From Camelus ferus (Eukaryota): 64,000 nt of DNA. Shown here in pieces: positions 39,670 through 53,399 of this stretch (positions are counted from its first letter, which is position 1; each line of letters starts with the position of its first letter). Below the pieces are notes generated by a model. It was given only the letters and a program-made list of their open reading frames with translations. It made no database searches and was not told the origin of the DNA. The stretch spans positions 27,902,001-27,966,000 of the forward strand of contig NC_045696.1 in the NCBI RefSeq assembly GCF_009834535.1, given 5' to 3'. Both the position numbers and the translations under genes were made by a program.

Positions 39670-39830
39670 AGCTCTGAGCAGGTCACTCCTCCGAAATGAG
39701 CCCCCATGTTCTCACCTGTGAAATGTTCTTATTAAGAATACTTGGCTCGTCAAATTTCTGCGTGGCTCAGTTGAGATGATACGTGGGCATACGCCTTATG
39801 ACTGTAAATAGGCACGCTGGTATGATTTTT
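39670..39830 (+). mobile_element. MIR fragment
   Basis: gagcaggtcactcctcc...ttctcacctgtgaaatg...gagatgatacgtgggcatacgccttatgactgtaaa. Confidence 0.5.
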
Positions 39831-40597
39831 TATTAGTTTTCCTAACAGAAAAGTATTGAATGATTTAGCGTTAGCATTTTGATGAAAAATATAAAGAGGA
39901 GCCCTCAGGAAATATCCAGTGAAGAGTTATAAGCACATATGCATGGAAGCTTAGTAGAACTGTGGAGAAGAGTGAGAAGGATGAGGATGAATATGGATGA
40001 GATGGAGAAGGACCAAAAATGCTTCCTTCATAATTCTCCCAACTGTCCTTATTAATATACGGTTCTGTCCATAAGACTTCCCTCCTTTCTTGGGTAAGAT
40101 TCCACTTGGAGATTCTATATAGAGAGATTCAGAATAATTTTATTTCTGTGCAATTATGATGCCTCAGGGACATCTTCAGTAAGATTATTCTTGAATTTGT
40201 TTCTCTTACACATGTCTCTAAACTTCCAGTAGTTAGATGCTGCATGTGGTTCAAGAGACGGTGCCTGCCCGATGTGGGAACCAAGCCCATGTTCTTGCTC
40301 TTATTATCATCCTATACTATAAACAGCAAAATTAAATATATATATTTTTTAATTATAGAAGATACGTTCATATAGACATGATCTGGAAGAAGGTGACTGA
40401 GGTGCTTTTTTTTTTCTGGTCTGGGTAAGTCTGAGATTTCCCTCACATTACTCATGCACAAATTTATTCACTTGCTCCACACCTAAGCAACCATTTGAGG
40501 CTAGTTCACATTGAACATGACCTGGACCAGGTTGGATGGCCTGGTTCCATACCATTGTGAAATTATTGCACATTCCTTAAGCAAATCCAAGTGATCC

Positions 40598-40730
40598 ATT
40601 AGTCATTCATGTATTCATGCAATCAGTAAATATTTGAGTGTTCACAATGTGCCACGCATTGTTCTCAGAAACAGAGATATAACAATGTGTTACAAAAAGA
40701 AAGTCCTGGTTCTCATGGAGCTTATGGAGC
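40598..40730 (-). mobile_element. LINE-2 3' end
   Basis: cattcatgtattcatgcaatcagtaaatatttgagtgttcacaatgtgccacgcattgttct...gtcctggttctcatggagctta. Confidence 0.75.
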
Positions 40731-41576
40731 ACTTAAATTTCCCTTTGTCTTTTCATGAAGACATGCAAAACATCCAAATGTGATACTTCCCAAGACCACA
40801 GCCCCTGATGAAGGCATGGCCTCAGGAGGCAATGTTTTATACTATCTCTCTTCCTTTGAAGATCTGATGGGAACTTGATGTAGGGGAAACCAATCCACAT
40901 TTTGGCGAGTGATCTGTTCTGTGGAGATGTATTGAGTTAGTTGGATTTTAATTTTTAAGAATATGAATTAAAAGTACAAAGAGACAATGCAGAGAACACA
41001 GAAAAAAAAAAAAGAGTGAATGGAAATCAGGTAAAGAGAGGTTATATGAAAGAGCAGAGGTCACGTTAGGAGGAAGTAGACAGCCGGGAAAGGTAAACCA
41101 TGATGAATAAGCCATGAGAAGAGTAGAAACTGAGGAAACCGCTGAGGGGGGACATGCTCCTGAAATGCCTCAAACAGCCTGAGATTCGTTCCATTTGATT
41201 TGATCTTTAAACATTTTATCTACTTGAAAGTAGCCTTATGTTATCTCTGCTTTTCCTAAGGAGTATTCCTGGGAAGCTGTGTGTGTGTTTTCTTGCAATA
41301 AACTCTGAATGTTGGAGCTAACTGGGGGTGAATTTCATCATCTTGCAACAAATAAACTCCCTACATTTAACAGAGGGCATATCTGCTGAAAAACACATAT
41401 GACTACTTCCTTCCATTTCCACTATTCATTCCATACATTTTATTCATTTATTAAGATGTACATTTATACTGGATCACAGGGAGAACAAAGTCCTGGAAAG
41501 AAACTTGTTAGAAAATGAACAACGCTTCCTTGATAACACAATAGCCATTTTTAATGACAATTTATTTCAGTTGGTC

Positions 41577-42169
41577 TATTCAAAAGGATAAGTGCACCCC
41601 AATGTTCATAGCATCACTATATACAATAGCCAAGACATGGAAACAACCTAAATGTCCATCAACAGATGACTGGATAAAGAAGTCGTGGTATAGTTATACA
41701 ATGGAATATTACTCAGCCATAAAAAAGAATAAAATAATGCTATTTGCAGCAACATGGAAGGACCTAGAGATTATCATTCTAAGTGAAGTAAGCCAGAAAG
41801 AGAAAGAAAAATACCATATGATATCACTCATATGTGGAATCTAAAAAAGGGAAAAAAAAGAGGACACTAATGAACTACTAAATCTACAAAACAGAAACAG
41901 ACATGCAGATGTAGTAAACAATCTTATGGTTACTGGGGGAAAGCAGGTAGGAAGGGATAAATTTGGGAGTTTGAGATTTCCAAATGTTAGACACTGTATA
42001 TAAAAATAGATTAAAAAATTCTTCTGTATAGCATGGGGAACTTTATTCAATATCTTATATGAAAAAGAATATGAAAACAAATATATGTATGTATATGGAT
42101 GACTGGGACATTGTGCTGTACACCAGAAATTGGCACATTGTTACAGGCTGTACTTCAATTAAAAAAAAA
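41577..42169 (+). mobile_element. 5'-truncated lineage-specific LINE-1 (ORF2 end, 3' UTR, polyA)
   Basis: KDKCTPMFIASLYTIAKTWKQPKCPSTDDWIKK is the L1 ORF2 C-terminus. The 3' UTR is homologous to the copies at 37 kb and 58-59 kb. Confidence 0.93.
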
Positions 42170-42500
42170 GAGGCTAGCAAAACTGCTTTATAAAGTCGTT
42201 CCTGTGACACCAAGAACAAAATGCTTGAACATCCTTGATCTATGGAAGCCAGGGATAATATTGAAAATGTCATGAGAGATCAGGTTTCCACCTGATTTAG
42301 GATTCTTTTCAACTTGTCTCACAATAGTACAATGTAGCAGAAATAGAGGCGAAGAAGACCAGTGGCTGGTTAGAGATTCCTGATTTTCCCTGGTAAACAT
42401 CAAGTAGACACAGAAAATCCAAGACAGATGTAAAGTTTAATTGAAATTTCCTGAAACAGTAAAGACTGTGACTCAAAGAAGCATTGGATAAGAGCAGTGT

Positions 42501-42503
<3 letters not shown>

Positions 42504-42535
<32 letters not shown>

Positions 42536-42560
42536 ACACACACGTGCACATACACACACA
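42504..42560. repeat. Compound (CA)n microsatellite with two cgtg interruptions
   Basis: Directly visible. Confidence 0.95.
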
Positions 42561-43889
42561 AGAGGTTCTAAAATCTGGGCGATTCAGATCAGACCAGAAG
42601 ACTAAGAGAGCCTTTTCCTAGACACAAATATAGATAAAGAGAAATTGGATAGAAAAATCTAGCTTCCACACTATCTCGTATTGTTGGTACACCCTTTGTG
42701 CTCTGATGACTGTATATACTCTGTTCTCATACCATAGCACAGCTTTAGCTATTCTCAATTTTTTTTGAATCTTCATAAATTTTTGAAAATCACTTGGCGA
42801 ATTTTTACAAAAATCTTGGCAGAGTGGCCCCTACTTGCCTACAATTATTTAGTACCAAATGGGCTGAAGAGGTAGGAGCTGCCACTTTTGATGTAATTCA
42901 GTCTAGATATACTATGTGCTATAGAAACACATATTTGAACTTTCACTCTGAATTTAAAAAAAATAAGCAAAGATTAAAGTAGGAGAGAAGATGCAATGCC
43001 TTTTTGTGTACTGTCACTTAACACAAACAATATACACAATATACACAACATGCACAGTCCCAGGTCCTTCAGACACCAACGTGACTATCACTCCTTTCCC
43101 CCTTTCTTCAGCTATTTCTATCGCGTCTATCTCTGAAAATGTGGTTACAGCCAGGTCTTTTAGAACCAGTTTTACTGTCTTTCTCCTTTCATTCAGCTAA
43201 ATGATGAGAAAACCATCTAATATAGTTTGAAAAAAAAACTTTTTTTAAAGTGTGTGGTTCTATATATACTGTCAAAACTGGGCCTTAAAATTTTCCCAAA
43301 ATAATTAATGAAAATATAAAAACAAATAGCTCTGGGCAACATACAGGTGCTAAACTATTAAGTATCTGTCAATTGTCATGAGCAGTTAATGCAGTCTGCA
43401 AATGAAAACATAAAGTCTATTTTAGTGATTCCACTAAGTCTTCTGCTTTTATATAATAAACATATGTCATGTTCTATTTCTTTCTCAGATTAAGCAGAAT
43501 TCTGTTTGTGTACTGGAGTCTGAGACTTTCAACCTCTGTTCTTATTCACAAAGATTGAAGTTATTTTCCTGTCTGATTATAAGTTTAGGCCTTTTACATT
43601 CAATCTAAACCTCACATCAGTTTGAGGAAAACAGCTCCCTTTTGCAACGGGATTGCAAAGGAACTGTGTAAATGCAGAACAAATTGGGCAACTTGTATAT
43701 ATGAATAGCTATTGTATACACATACTAATGACATTTTCCCACGTTCTTGGATGCTAACTTTTCCAGTTTATGTTCTGTGCAAGATGCCTTTCAACACTCT
43801 CCCTAAGAGTGCGATTTTTAGAATCCTTTATTTTTCTTTAGGATGGCCAATTCTGTTTTACTCCTAATGTCTATTTAACCAGTAAATGA

Positions 43890-44160
43890 AAAGGCAGTAG
43901 ACCCTTGTGTTTAGGGGATGCAATCCTATGGCCAGGGTGTCTGGGTTTGAAAATCAGCTCTAATACTTGTAGGCCGGGACAACTCAGGCAAGTTACGTGA
44001 CATTTTTCTGGTTTCAATTTCCTCATTGGAAATACATATGTAATAACCGTATTCACTTCACATTCTCTGTGAAGAAGAAATGGATTAGACATATGTAGCG
44101 TCCAGCACAGTGCCTGTTACATGGGAGATGTTGAACATGCACTCAGTACAATTGTTGTTA
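43890..44160 (+). mobile_element. MIR SINE, near full length
   Basis: ctgggtttgaaaatcagctct...ggcaagttacgtgacatttttctggtttcaatttcctcattggaaa...agcacagtgcctgttacatg. Confidence 0.8.
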
Positions 44161-44199
44161 TTGTTACTATTGCTGCTGCAGTTATTACTAAGCAGTACA

Positions 44200-44845
44200 T
44201 ATTCTGATACATTGCTGGTGGAAATGCAACATGTCAAAGGCAATATGTTTAAATAATGTGACCATTTCTTATGACGTTAAACATACTCTTATCCTAAACC
44301 CACAATTCAACCCTTAGGTATTTACCCAAGAGAAAAGACACATGCCCACACAAAGACTGTATGTGAATATTTAGATTAGCTTTATTCATAACCACCTCAA
44401 TCATGAAACAAATCAATTGTCCATCAAGCAGTGACTCGATGAGAAAGTTGTTACACACCTACACAATGAAATACTAATCAAAAATCGAAAAAGAATGACT
44501 ACCGATGCAAGTTAACACTATGGATAGATCTCAAAAGCATTATGCCAAATGAAAGAATCCAGAAAGAAAAAAAAGAGCTACTAATTATAAAATCTGATTT
44601 TGATGATTTTTCTTAAAAAGACCAAAATATAGGGATAGAAATCTTAGATCAGAAAACTTTTGATCTAAGTTTGCCAGCAAGATTGATCACAAAAGGACAT
44701 GAAGAAATATTTTGAGGTAATGGAAATATTCTGTGTCTTTATTATGGTGATGGTCACATTACTATATTTTCAAAACACATAGAAATATACAACTGTAAAG
44801 GGTGACCTTTAGCATATATAAATTATACCTCAATTACCTGACATG
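44200..44845 (+). mobile_element. Old LINE-1 3' end (L1MD/L1ME-like)
   Basis: ccttaggtatttacccaagagaaa...cacacaaagactgtatgtgaatatt; atggatagatctcaaaagcattatg; ends aaattatacctcaat. Confidence 0.8.
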
Positions 44846-45400
44846 AAAAATGAGAACAGGAATATGTACTTGTCAAATTACCAGATAGGATTCTGTGGAA
44901 ATACTAATGTTAGCTTTGGAGGGCCATGGATACACACCTGTAAGCGAACACCTAGGCTACAATTGGAGATTCTGGTTCATCCTAACACGTGTCACAATCA
45001 AGCTGTGGCCACAAAGATTATGCTTATGCCTATGATATCGCTTCCTGAGCCAGGATATAAGCTAGTCCTGCTCAAAGTCTAAGCCCATCATAGCCCTCAG
45101 GCTTTGGGTCAGAGAACTTGACTCATGAAGGAGTACCCTGAAAGCTGCAAAGTCTATTCCAATTTATGGTTATTGACAGAAGTCAGTTCAGCAGCTTGAA
45201 GGGGTAAAGGAACCAGGGTTAACAGCACTGAGCTAAGCAAGGAGGCTCCTGGCAGCAAGTGACAAAACAGCCTACTGGCAGGAAATTCATAAACTACGTG
45301 AGTTTGGAGTAGAAAATTTGGGGGGCAACATCCTAATATTGTTATAGTAGCAATCTAAAACTAATCATTTTGCTAACATTTCCATCACTCCCCAGGAGGT

Positions 45401-45600
45401 GCAATTTTCAAATTCCCAATTTATCCCTTCCCACTGCCTTTACCCCGTTAAATTTGTTCTCTCTGTCTGGAAATGCTAGCTATCTTGATTGTGGTAGTGG
45501 TTTCATTGGTGTATACATCTATCAAAATTCATCAAATTGTACATTTGAAATATGCATAGTTTTCTGTACAGGAACCATACCATAGCAAAGGTGTTAAAAA
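45401..45600. mobile_element. Composite: about 70-bp antisense piece of younger L1 3' UTR joined to an old L1ME-like 3' end
   Basis: 45401-45469 aligns to the reverse complement of about 59055-59131. 45470-45600 (tatcttgattgtggtagtggtttc...aaaattcatcaaattgtacatttgaaatatgc) is L1ME-like, plus strand. Confidence 0.65.
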
Positions 45601-46855
45601 TCACTTTAGGGGTCAAATACTTATCTGAACTGGCCACTCCATATAGCACTAATTCTTATTGAATTAAGTCTGTTAGCTTCATTATATTTTTAGTTGAAAG
45701 TTCTGTTTTTCAAGCAATTAGTAAATTATATAGCATTCTATTTTGATTTAATTTACTCTTATTTCATTTTTCTTCTTAAATACAAGATATGGACGATCAT
45801 TTTACTACTGTTATATGCCAAGTGCTCCTGTAATTGCTTTTATAAACTTTCTGAATTTTTATACTGTTTTTTGTCTTTCCCACTTTTCTTTTTTCCTTTT
45901 TGTGTTACTTCCTTACTGGTGTTTGACGTTCACAATTAGCTAATTTTGGTTTGTGATGCAATTTTAAAATCGATTATTATAATTTTTAGGGATTGAAAGT
46001 GTTCTATAATATTACAAAACAAAAATAAATATAATTTAGTTAATCAAATCATGAAGGTATTAGAGATCATGAAGTTTAAGAAAATTGATTTCAAACTATC
46101 TTGATCATTCAATTATATATAATATTTTAGATCTGTACATTTTCAGAAAATTCATTAAATAAAACAAAAATGAATAACAATTTTATTCTGTTTAATTCAG
46201 GCTTAATTTTTCAAATTCTTGATATAATTTAAACATTTGTAAGAATGCAGACAAGCTATACCAACAAGCAAGCAAACAAACAGAATCTTTGAAGTTCTAA
46301 ATGCCTAAGGATTTTTAACTTAGATTTTGTTTTACAGAAAAATTACATTTCCCCCAATTGATTAGATCCCTGAGAAATCAAGATTTGGGTCACTTTACTA
46401 TGTAGAAAACCCCGAACAGCTGAAGTGCTGGCTGAGGGCACAGGGACACAGACAGAGTCCAAGGGTGGCGCAAACCCATTCCAATTTTGTGACCAGTTGT
46501 AGAAATAAGGGGATAGTAGTAGATTTCCACATCCTTTTCACTTCATTGCCTTGTGCATGTTTGTATGTATTAACCAGTTTCCATTTTGCCTCCTTTCCTT
46601 GTTCTCTACATTTTAAAAGATTTTACAAGATGAAAAATTGGGACTGCAAGTGAACCAAAAAGGCTGGAATACAATCCTAAAGACTTACTCAGTTACTGAT
46701 GGGATCTGGAGTCTCCATTTGTGGGAAGAAACTGAAAACACATATACGCGGTATATTATCTTGTTTTAGACTAGTCCAAGTTGTTAGAGTTGCAATTTAG
46801 AAGTTTTGGTAGAAGAATGTAAATGGATGTTGAGTAGCTCAAGTGTGGACTGTAT

Positions 46856-46932
46856 GGTGGGAGGATGGGGGTTGAACCCAGGACCTCTTGCATGCTAAGT
46901 GCACACTCTACCACTGAGCTATCCCTTCTCCC
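46856..46932 (-). mobile_element. Vic-1-like tRNA-derived SINE head
   Basis: ggggttgaacccaggacctcttgcatgctaagtgcacactctaccactgagctat is the reverse complement of the head at 29985. No A-tail visible. Confidence 0.85.
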
Positions 46933-47269
46933 AAAAGGTATCACTTCTGGATAACACCCTTAGTAGATAAAATGACAGTATGTAAGATGATAATTTAATT
47001 ACTGAATTGGAAAAGAAAATTTTCACTATACATTGATGCATCTATATATAATCATTAAGATCTGTGCTTGAATAGTCTTAGAATTTAAATTTAGCATACA
47101 TGATTTGCTCTTTAAATAAGTAGCAAAATAAAAACATCAGTGATAAAATATTTGAAGTGGTAAAGGAACATTTCGAAATATAATGAAATATTAGGGAAAT
47201 GGAATAAATTAGATATTGACAGAAATAAAATGATATTCAAATAAACACCCTGTTTTATTCTTAGAGAAA

Positions 47270-48330
47270 CTTTTGCACATAAAGTTTGTCCACCTGAATT
47301 CTGTATGAAATGACAGCACCACAATTGTTAATCTAATGTAACCCAGGCCACTCTACTTACTTGTTTTGAATTTGATATAAAGAAATGAGACCATAAAATA
47401 CACACTGATTTTCAAAGGAAGAGATTTGTCAGATGTTTATGAGCAAAAAATTGAAAAAAAATTTTGAAGGATAGTTTTCAACTTTATAAAAAAAGAATTA
47501 TTTGATATTTTTCAGTATCACAATAAAATTAATTAAACATTTGCAGCTCCCATGTGAAACTACGTTAACATTTGTGGAGTCAAAGTGAAAATTCAGTTTT
47601 GGAACAATATGGTAAAATCCCTCATCAGCTATAAATATTAAATAAACCTACCAATTCTTAAAAAATATTGAGAGTGGGAGATTCTTCTTTATTTGGCAAT
47701 ATTTGATGTAAAAATTGATTGAATTCAAAATCCTTTAACATTATCACCAGAAATTTCAATTTCAATTTTAACTTTCAATTTCAGTGCTCCATTTATCAAG
47801 AAGGAAATGGAAGAGTTCTTAGGCTTAAAAAGTAATCACATTCTAAGTACTATATAAGGAGATCAATTTAACTGAAATCATGTTAAAAGTTAGAGTGTTT
47901 GCTAAATGGAAAAGAAAGTGATAAACATTCCCCTGCCATTTGCTACCATTTACAATTTGTTCAAAGTCTGCCCACAGTGACTATGATGATTTTGGAAGAC
48001 CATTATCAAAAGCTCTATATCTAGACCTTCTTGTTGTTAAATCAAGAATGTATAGCTCTTACTAAAATATTATGTTTATAAAAGAAAGCTCATTTTTTCA
48101 CAAATATTTTATTTGTAAAGTTTATACTGTTTCAATATTAAAATTTCTGCTTTAGAGTTTATCTTAATAATATCAATAAAATATGTCTTTTTTAATCCAA
48201 ACTGCATATAGACGCACCAAATTCTCTCCAGTTTACTCCTGATTTCTCTGTAAATATTTTTATGTGTTCTGTGTGAAATGGGTTGAGATGGTTTGGTCCA
48301 AAGGATAGGAAATAAACTTGAGAGCATTGA
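47270..48330 (+). mobile_element. Fossil hAT-Charlie DNA transposon with decayed transposase
   Basis: Colinear remnants of Charlie/Buster transposase motifs: attgttaatctaatgtaacccaggccactc (about VNFIKxRPL), tcaaaggaagagatttgtcagatgtttatgag (about SRGKxLxRVYE), attcccctgccatttgctaccatttac (about ILLPFATTY). TIR-like end ttgagagcattg. 45940-46200 may be an upstream piece. Confidence 0.65.
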
Positions 48331-50876
48331 ATTCTTCGTGGGGATTTCACTCTAAATGGAGATTAAACCATCTTGTTAAATTGATAGGTTTCTACTCTGA
48401 AAAATAATACTTCACATTCTTAGTGCACAGTCCTAATCTCGATGCACTTAAAAAATATGTTAGGAAATAAAATAGTTGACATGGGAAAATCATAATAACT
48501 ATTTTAAACTACTTAATTCCATTGCAGAGAATTATCTGGTGCTTCCTAGTGACCTTTACTAGCTCCATTCGTAGCCTGAGTAGGAGAAACAGAGAGAAAG
48601 GGGGAGACCATATTTGTCTCAACATCTGCCCCTCAAAGTACATGTGCCTCCCAAAGTTCTGATTACTGTCACACTGCTTACTGAACCATGTTTTTTTAAA
48701 TTAATGCTAATTTTTTTTGTTTTTACCCAGGGTTCATTAATGGCATCCTGGTTGACTAAATATTACCAACACAAGTATATTTATGAAGGCTATATTTTAT
48801 TATACCAGCTTTGAAATACTGGGAAGTGCTATCTCTGATACTAAGTCTAAAGTTACTTCCTAAGCATTAATATAGTCTATAAGTAAAAGTTACACAAAAT
48901 AAAATTATAGTAAAATGTTAGTTGTTTTTAAAAAATGTTTCGAATCATACATATAAATTTTTCCTCCAAAAATCTGGAATGCCTCCTATTAACTTTGAGG
49001 CTATTAGAGTGGCAGGCACATTCTTCTTCAAGTTTATTCTTCTCTGTACCTAGGTAACACATTTTTATAGCATTTGAGGTTGAATTCATGTAGGAATGAC
49101 CATAAATGCACAGAATTATAGTAACCAACAATGCTACTGAGTTTCTAGAGAGAACAATCAAAATTTGAGCTCTGTAAAGGACTGATCAAATTGAATAAAA
49201 GAATTCAGTTGAGAGCATCTTAGGAAATTCTTTATGAAATTCTGGCTTTCTAACACTGTGGATGGCCCCTTAAATGGAGCAAACTTCCTGTCAAACTTGT
49301 ATCAGAGGGTTGCCCTTCCTTTGATAGCTCCTAAGTAGGCCAGGAGTAGAGTGAATGTAAGATAACTGAACCCTCCCTGAAATAACTTTGACTTTTCTGA
49401 GCTTATTTCTCTGAAGGGAGAAGATTCCTCCTTAAGATACTCCCTTTAACAAGCTGATTGATCCTCAAGTTTGAAGCCTAAAGAAAGGAAGAAACTATTG
49501 TGTGAATCAGAATCATTGATGGTGAATTCACACCACCGTGGAGATAATGCTTCATGTTAAAGTTAATAGTTTAGTATTTCACGAAAACATATTGGACCCT
49601 TGGGAAAAAAGGATAAAAACTCCTCAGTATAAAAAGTCTACTTTGATTGATTCCTCCCCTATAGATGGTGGTTTCATCTGAACTAAATCTTAATGATGTG
49701 TGCTAATGCATAAGATGCCATTTTTAAAATATGAAGTGAAACTGAACAAATTACTATGATTAGTTTGCATTTACAAGCCTAAATTATTTTCCACAGTGAT
49801 GTTTGGATTTCCACAATGGACAAAACCTTTTATTTTTAGTCTAGGAACCTGTACTGTTTGATTTGTACTTTTTGGTGAACATTAAAATTCCCTATTAAAA
49901 ATTATAATTCTCCTTTACCAGAGACTTATTATTCATGTTCTTTCAGCATAGATAGTTGCAGTGTCTTCAGTCTTCCATTTCAAAGTATTTACATTCAATG
50001 TTTATTCCCAAAGAAATAGAAGGTTCAGTCGACTCAATGTTACTTATTTATTTTGCTTGGATCTGTAGGTTGTCATGTAAACTCAGCAGCACATTTCTTT
50101 CTCACTTACATGAGGGCTTGCTGACTGACAGAGCTCTCAGATTTCTTTGTGGTGAAGGAAAGTTATTTTTGATACAGTGTGAGATATTTTAAAAGAGTGT
50201 TTGAAGTGTCAAAGTAGCTATCCGGGCCAACAAAAATGAAGATCATGTTCATAATTTTGTTCATTCCAAAACCTTCAGGCTGAGTTTCCTGGTTTCAAAA
50301 GAAGCATTGTGAAAAGTAAGGGGAGTTATAAAAGATGCTTATAGCATTGAGGGTTATAAAAACCAGCTTTAAATATTAAAACTTCACCCCATCCCCTTAA
50401 TGTGATTTTTAGAGAGTTTGTTCTTTTCTCTCAAGGTATACATAGCGGTTTTACCTCTTTTGTTTGCACCCTGTTTTCCTGATCAGGTAAATCTCTGCGT
50501 TGTCTTATTCTGAATCCCTGATGTGTCTTAATGTAAAGATTTTAATATTGTGCATTTAAAAGATGCATTATAATGGTTAATCTACATGTCATCTTTAATC
50601 TCTAAATCATAATATTGGCAGAAACTGTCCCTATACATTAGTCACTGCTCATAGAAACCATGGTGAGATCAGACTAATCAGATAGAGAATCAAAGAAAAG
50701 GTGATCTACCTTATAGATGATACAAATAAAGGGTCATTGACTTTATTTAACTTTACCAGGAGAGCAGGACCAAATGAAAGAGACTGAGATGGAGTGATCA
50801 ACCAGGGGTCAATGAGCAGTTATTGCTGTCCAAAATAGGATGGATGTCAAGCTTGTCTGCAGATGTAGCAGATTCT

Positions 50877-50963
50877 GGTCCTTCCTTCTTCCTTCTCTTC
50901 TTCCCTCCTTCCTTCTCTCGTCCCTTCCTTCTCTTTCCTTTCCATCCCCTCCCTTCCCTACTT
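50877..50963. repeat. Degenerate (TTCC)n polypyrimidine tract
   Basis: Directly visible. Confidence 0.9.
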
Positions 50964-51014
50964 TCTGTTCACTTTTGCTGACAAAAAAGCAGAACAAGCT
51001 TTATCAAAGCTGAG

Positions 51015-51502
51015 CGGAGACATATTCTCTGACCCAACAAATATGCTCCCTGTAAGAATTTATACGTATGTTATCCAAAATATATATGCAAGAGTGTTTG
51101 TAGAAGCTACATTGGTAATAGCCCCAGACTGAAAAGTACACAAATGATTATCAACAGTATGATGTATAACTTGTGATACATCCATACAATGAGACACTAC
51201 ACACAACATTGACAACCCTCTTACACACAATGTTGAGTGAATAAGCCAAAAATGGAAGAACATATACTGTATGATTCCATTTCTACAGCAAAGCTAATCT
51301 ATTGTGTTAGGTATTAGGATAGTGATTATGTTTGGGGGAGTTAGTAACGAGGGTGGGGCATGAGAGGAACTTCTGGGGAGCTGATAATGTTTTATTTATT
51401 TACTGAACACACAAAAGGTGTGTTTATTGTGCAAAAAGTCATTGAGTTGTACACTTGGGATTTGTATACTTTCATATGTATATGTTTTACTTCAATAAAA
51501 AA
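51015..51502 (+). mobile_element. Old LINE-1 3' end (L1ME-like)
   Basis: aatgttgagtgaataagcc...catatactgtatgattccattt; ends tatgttttacttcaataaaaa. Confidence 0.8.
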
Positions 51503-53399
51503 GCATATGCTTTTTATGGAAAATTTAGATGATATGAGAAGTAGAAAAAACCAAAAAACAGAGTCTCATAAACATAATTATGTTAACCTTATGGTGTTTT
51601 TCTTCCAGTCTTAGACATAAAATAAATGCTAATATAATGCAGACACATAATTGGAATATCTATTTTCTATCTATCTAGTCCTCACAGTTTATTTCATTTA
51701 ATATTGTATAAACTATTTATACATGTCTTTTAAGTATAATTTCTAATATTCCATCAATGTGTCATAATATAAGTGTCTGCCTTTTTATTACTTCCTTTTT
51801 ATTCTTGGAAGGATAATTTATGAGTCAAAGACACAACCAATTTTAAGAGTCTTGATTTTTTAAGGCTCTTGAGATTGCCAACCAAAATATCTACTCCAAT
51901 TTGTATTAACACTAACACTGTGGAATATTTTAAAATATTCTTATCTATGTAGAATAAATATTCTGACATATGACCACTGGTATTAAAGTATAGATGTCAA
52001 ACTGCTTGACGTGAATTCTTAAGTACCCAGATAGAAACAAGTGAAGGAAACTCAGTAGTTCATCTCCCATTTTATTGGAAGGAGTGATAGCAAATTGTTC
52101 TCCCTTCCCGAATTATCACACCATGTTGATCAGCATCTTTCATTTTCACTTAAAGTAAAATATTTCGCTACATAAAAACATTTTCAACCAATTAGATCAT
52201 TTTTACCTTTTTTTTTTTCCCCCGTAAGAATCTGGCTCCTGCATTTGCTACCTGGGTAAATAATCAGTAGCTGAAAGTAATTCATTTATTGGGCAAATTC
52301 CAATGATGCCTGCCAGCTCTTTGCTAATATTCAAAATGGTTATGAGCTCATTAACTTTAAGCATCAGTTCATTTGCCTCATTAAGTCACTAAAGTCTCAG
52401 GGAGATTGGAACCCAGGAGGGTTACTGGGATGGTGAGGCCACCAACAGATTGGACTGAAAGACACAGGGTATTCCAGATATGGAAGAGTGAATGGAAAAA
52501 TCTGTCCAATATTCTACATCTGCACCATCAGGGTCTTAATGTCTAGATGAGTGAAGGAACAATGTAGTTGTGCTTTTAAATATTTTTGAGAAAAATAAAT
52601 TAAGAATGTTGTTTGGGTTAAACAGATGAAATAATATTTCATAAATATTAATCACTTCCACGTTTAGAACTAATACAGCTTAGAAAAAATACGAAAAAAT
52701 ATAAAATCATGATTCTGTTCTGCAAAGTGAAGACAGGAAAATTTAGGACTGTAGAAAGTTACAATTGTCAGTAAAGCCCTAGATACTCCTTTTTTCTCCT
52801 CAATTTTAGAGAAAAGTGCTTCAGAGTAAGGTAGCCTTTTGTGGAGAATCTATTTTTGGTATAAAATTCACATTTCCCCTTCATCTCAGGAAAAAGTAAT
52901 TTAAATACTTAACAGAAATTAATTTACTAGGAATCATTATTATCTAAATCTACTTTCAGGCATGCCTATATTCTTCATAATTACAACGAAGTAAATTGAA
53001 AGGACACTTGTTTTTTTGTCTTTGTTTTCTAATATCAACAATTATTTGACATAAGAAAATTATTTTTCCAGCTGGTGCACACAAGAGAGTTAATGATGCG
53101 ACAACAGAAACAAATTCAATAGTTCCAACAGAAGCAAGAGTTAGAATTAATTTCACAACATAGTTTCCAAAATCTCTCCTCTTTGATATCAGTACATCAT
53201 TTTCAGATTTTACTGTAAGTCTATGTCTTCAAAAAAACAACAAAAAATTCCAGTTCTGTAAATATTTATTGGGTGGCTGCTCCCTTTTTATGCTCACTTT
53301 AAGTCGAAAAGACAGTTTAAATATGTCAATTCTAATGCAAGAGGGAGAATGAAGATTAGAGAGAAAGTGAGAGAAGAAGAGAGGAAGAGAGAGACAATA

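Noticed and set aside
41554..41844. 96-aa ORF, and the similar 80-aa ORF at 37334-37576
   Set aside because: L1 ORF2 C-terminal remnants of 5'-truncated elements, not host genes.
44643..44669. Hairpin cttagatca-N9-tgatctaag (also near-palindromes at 39576-39596, about 14735-14760 and 43639-43661)
   Set aside because: Short stems in AT-rich or repeat DNA, too small for pre-miRNA and plausible by chance or local inversion.
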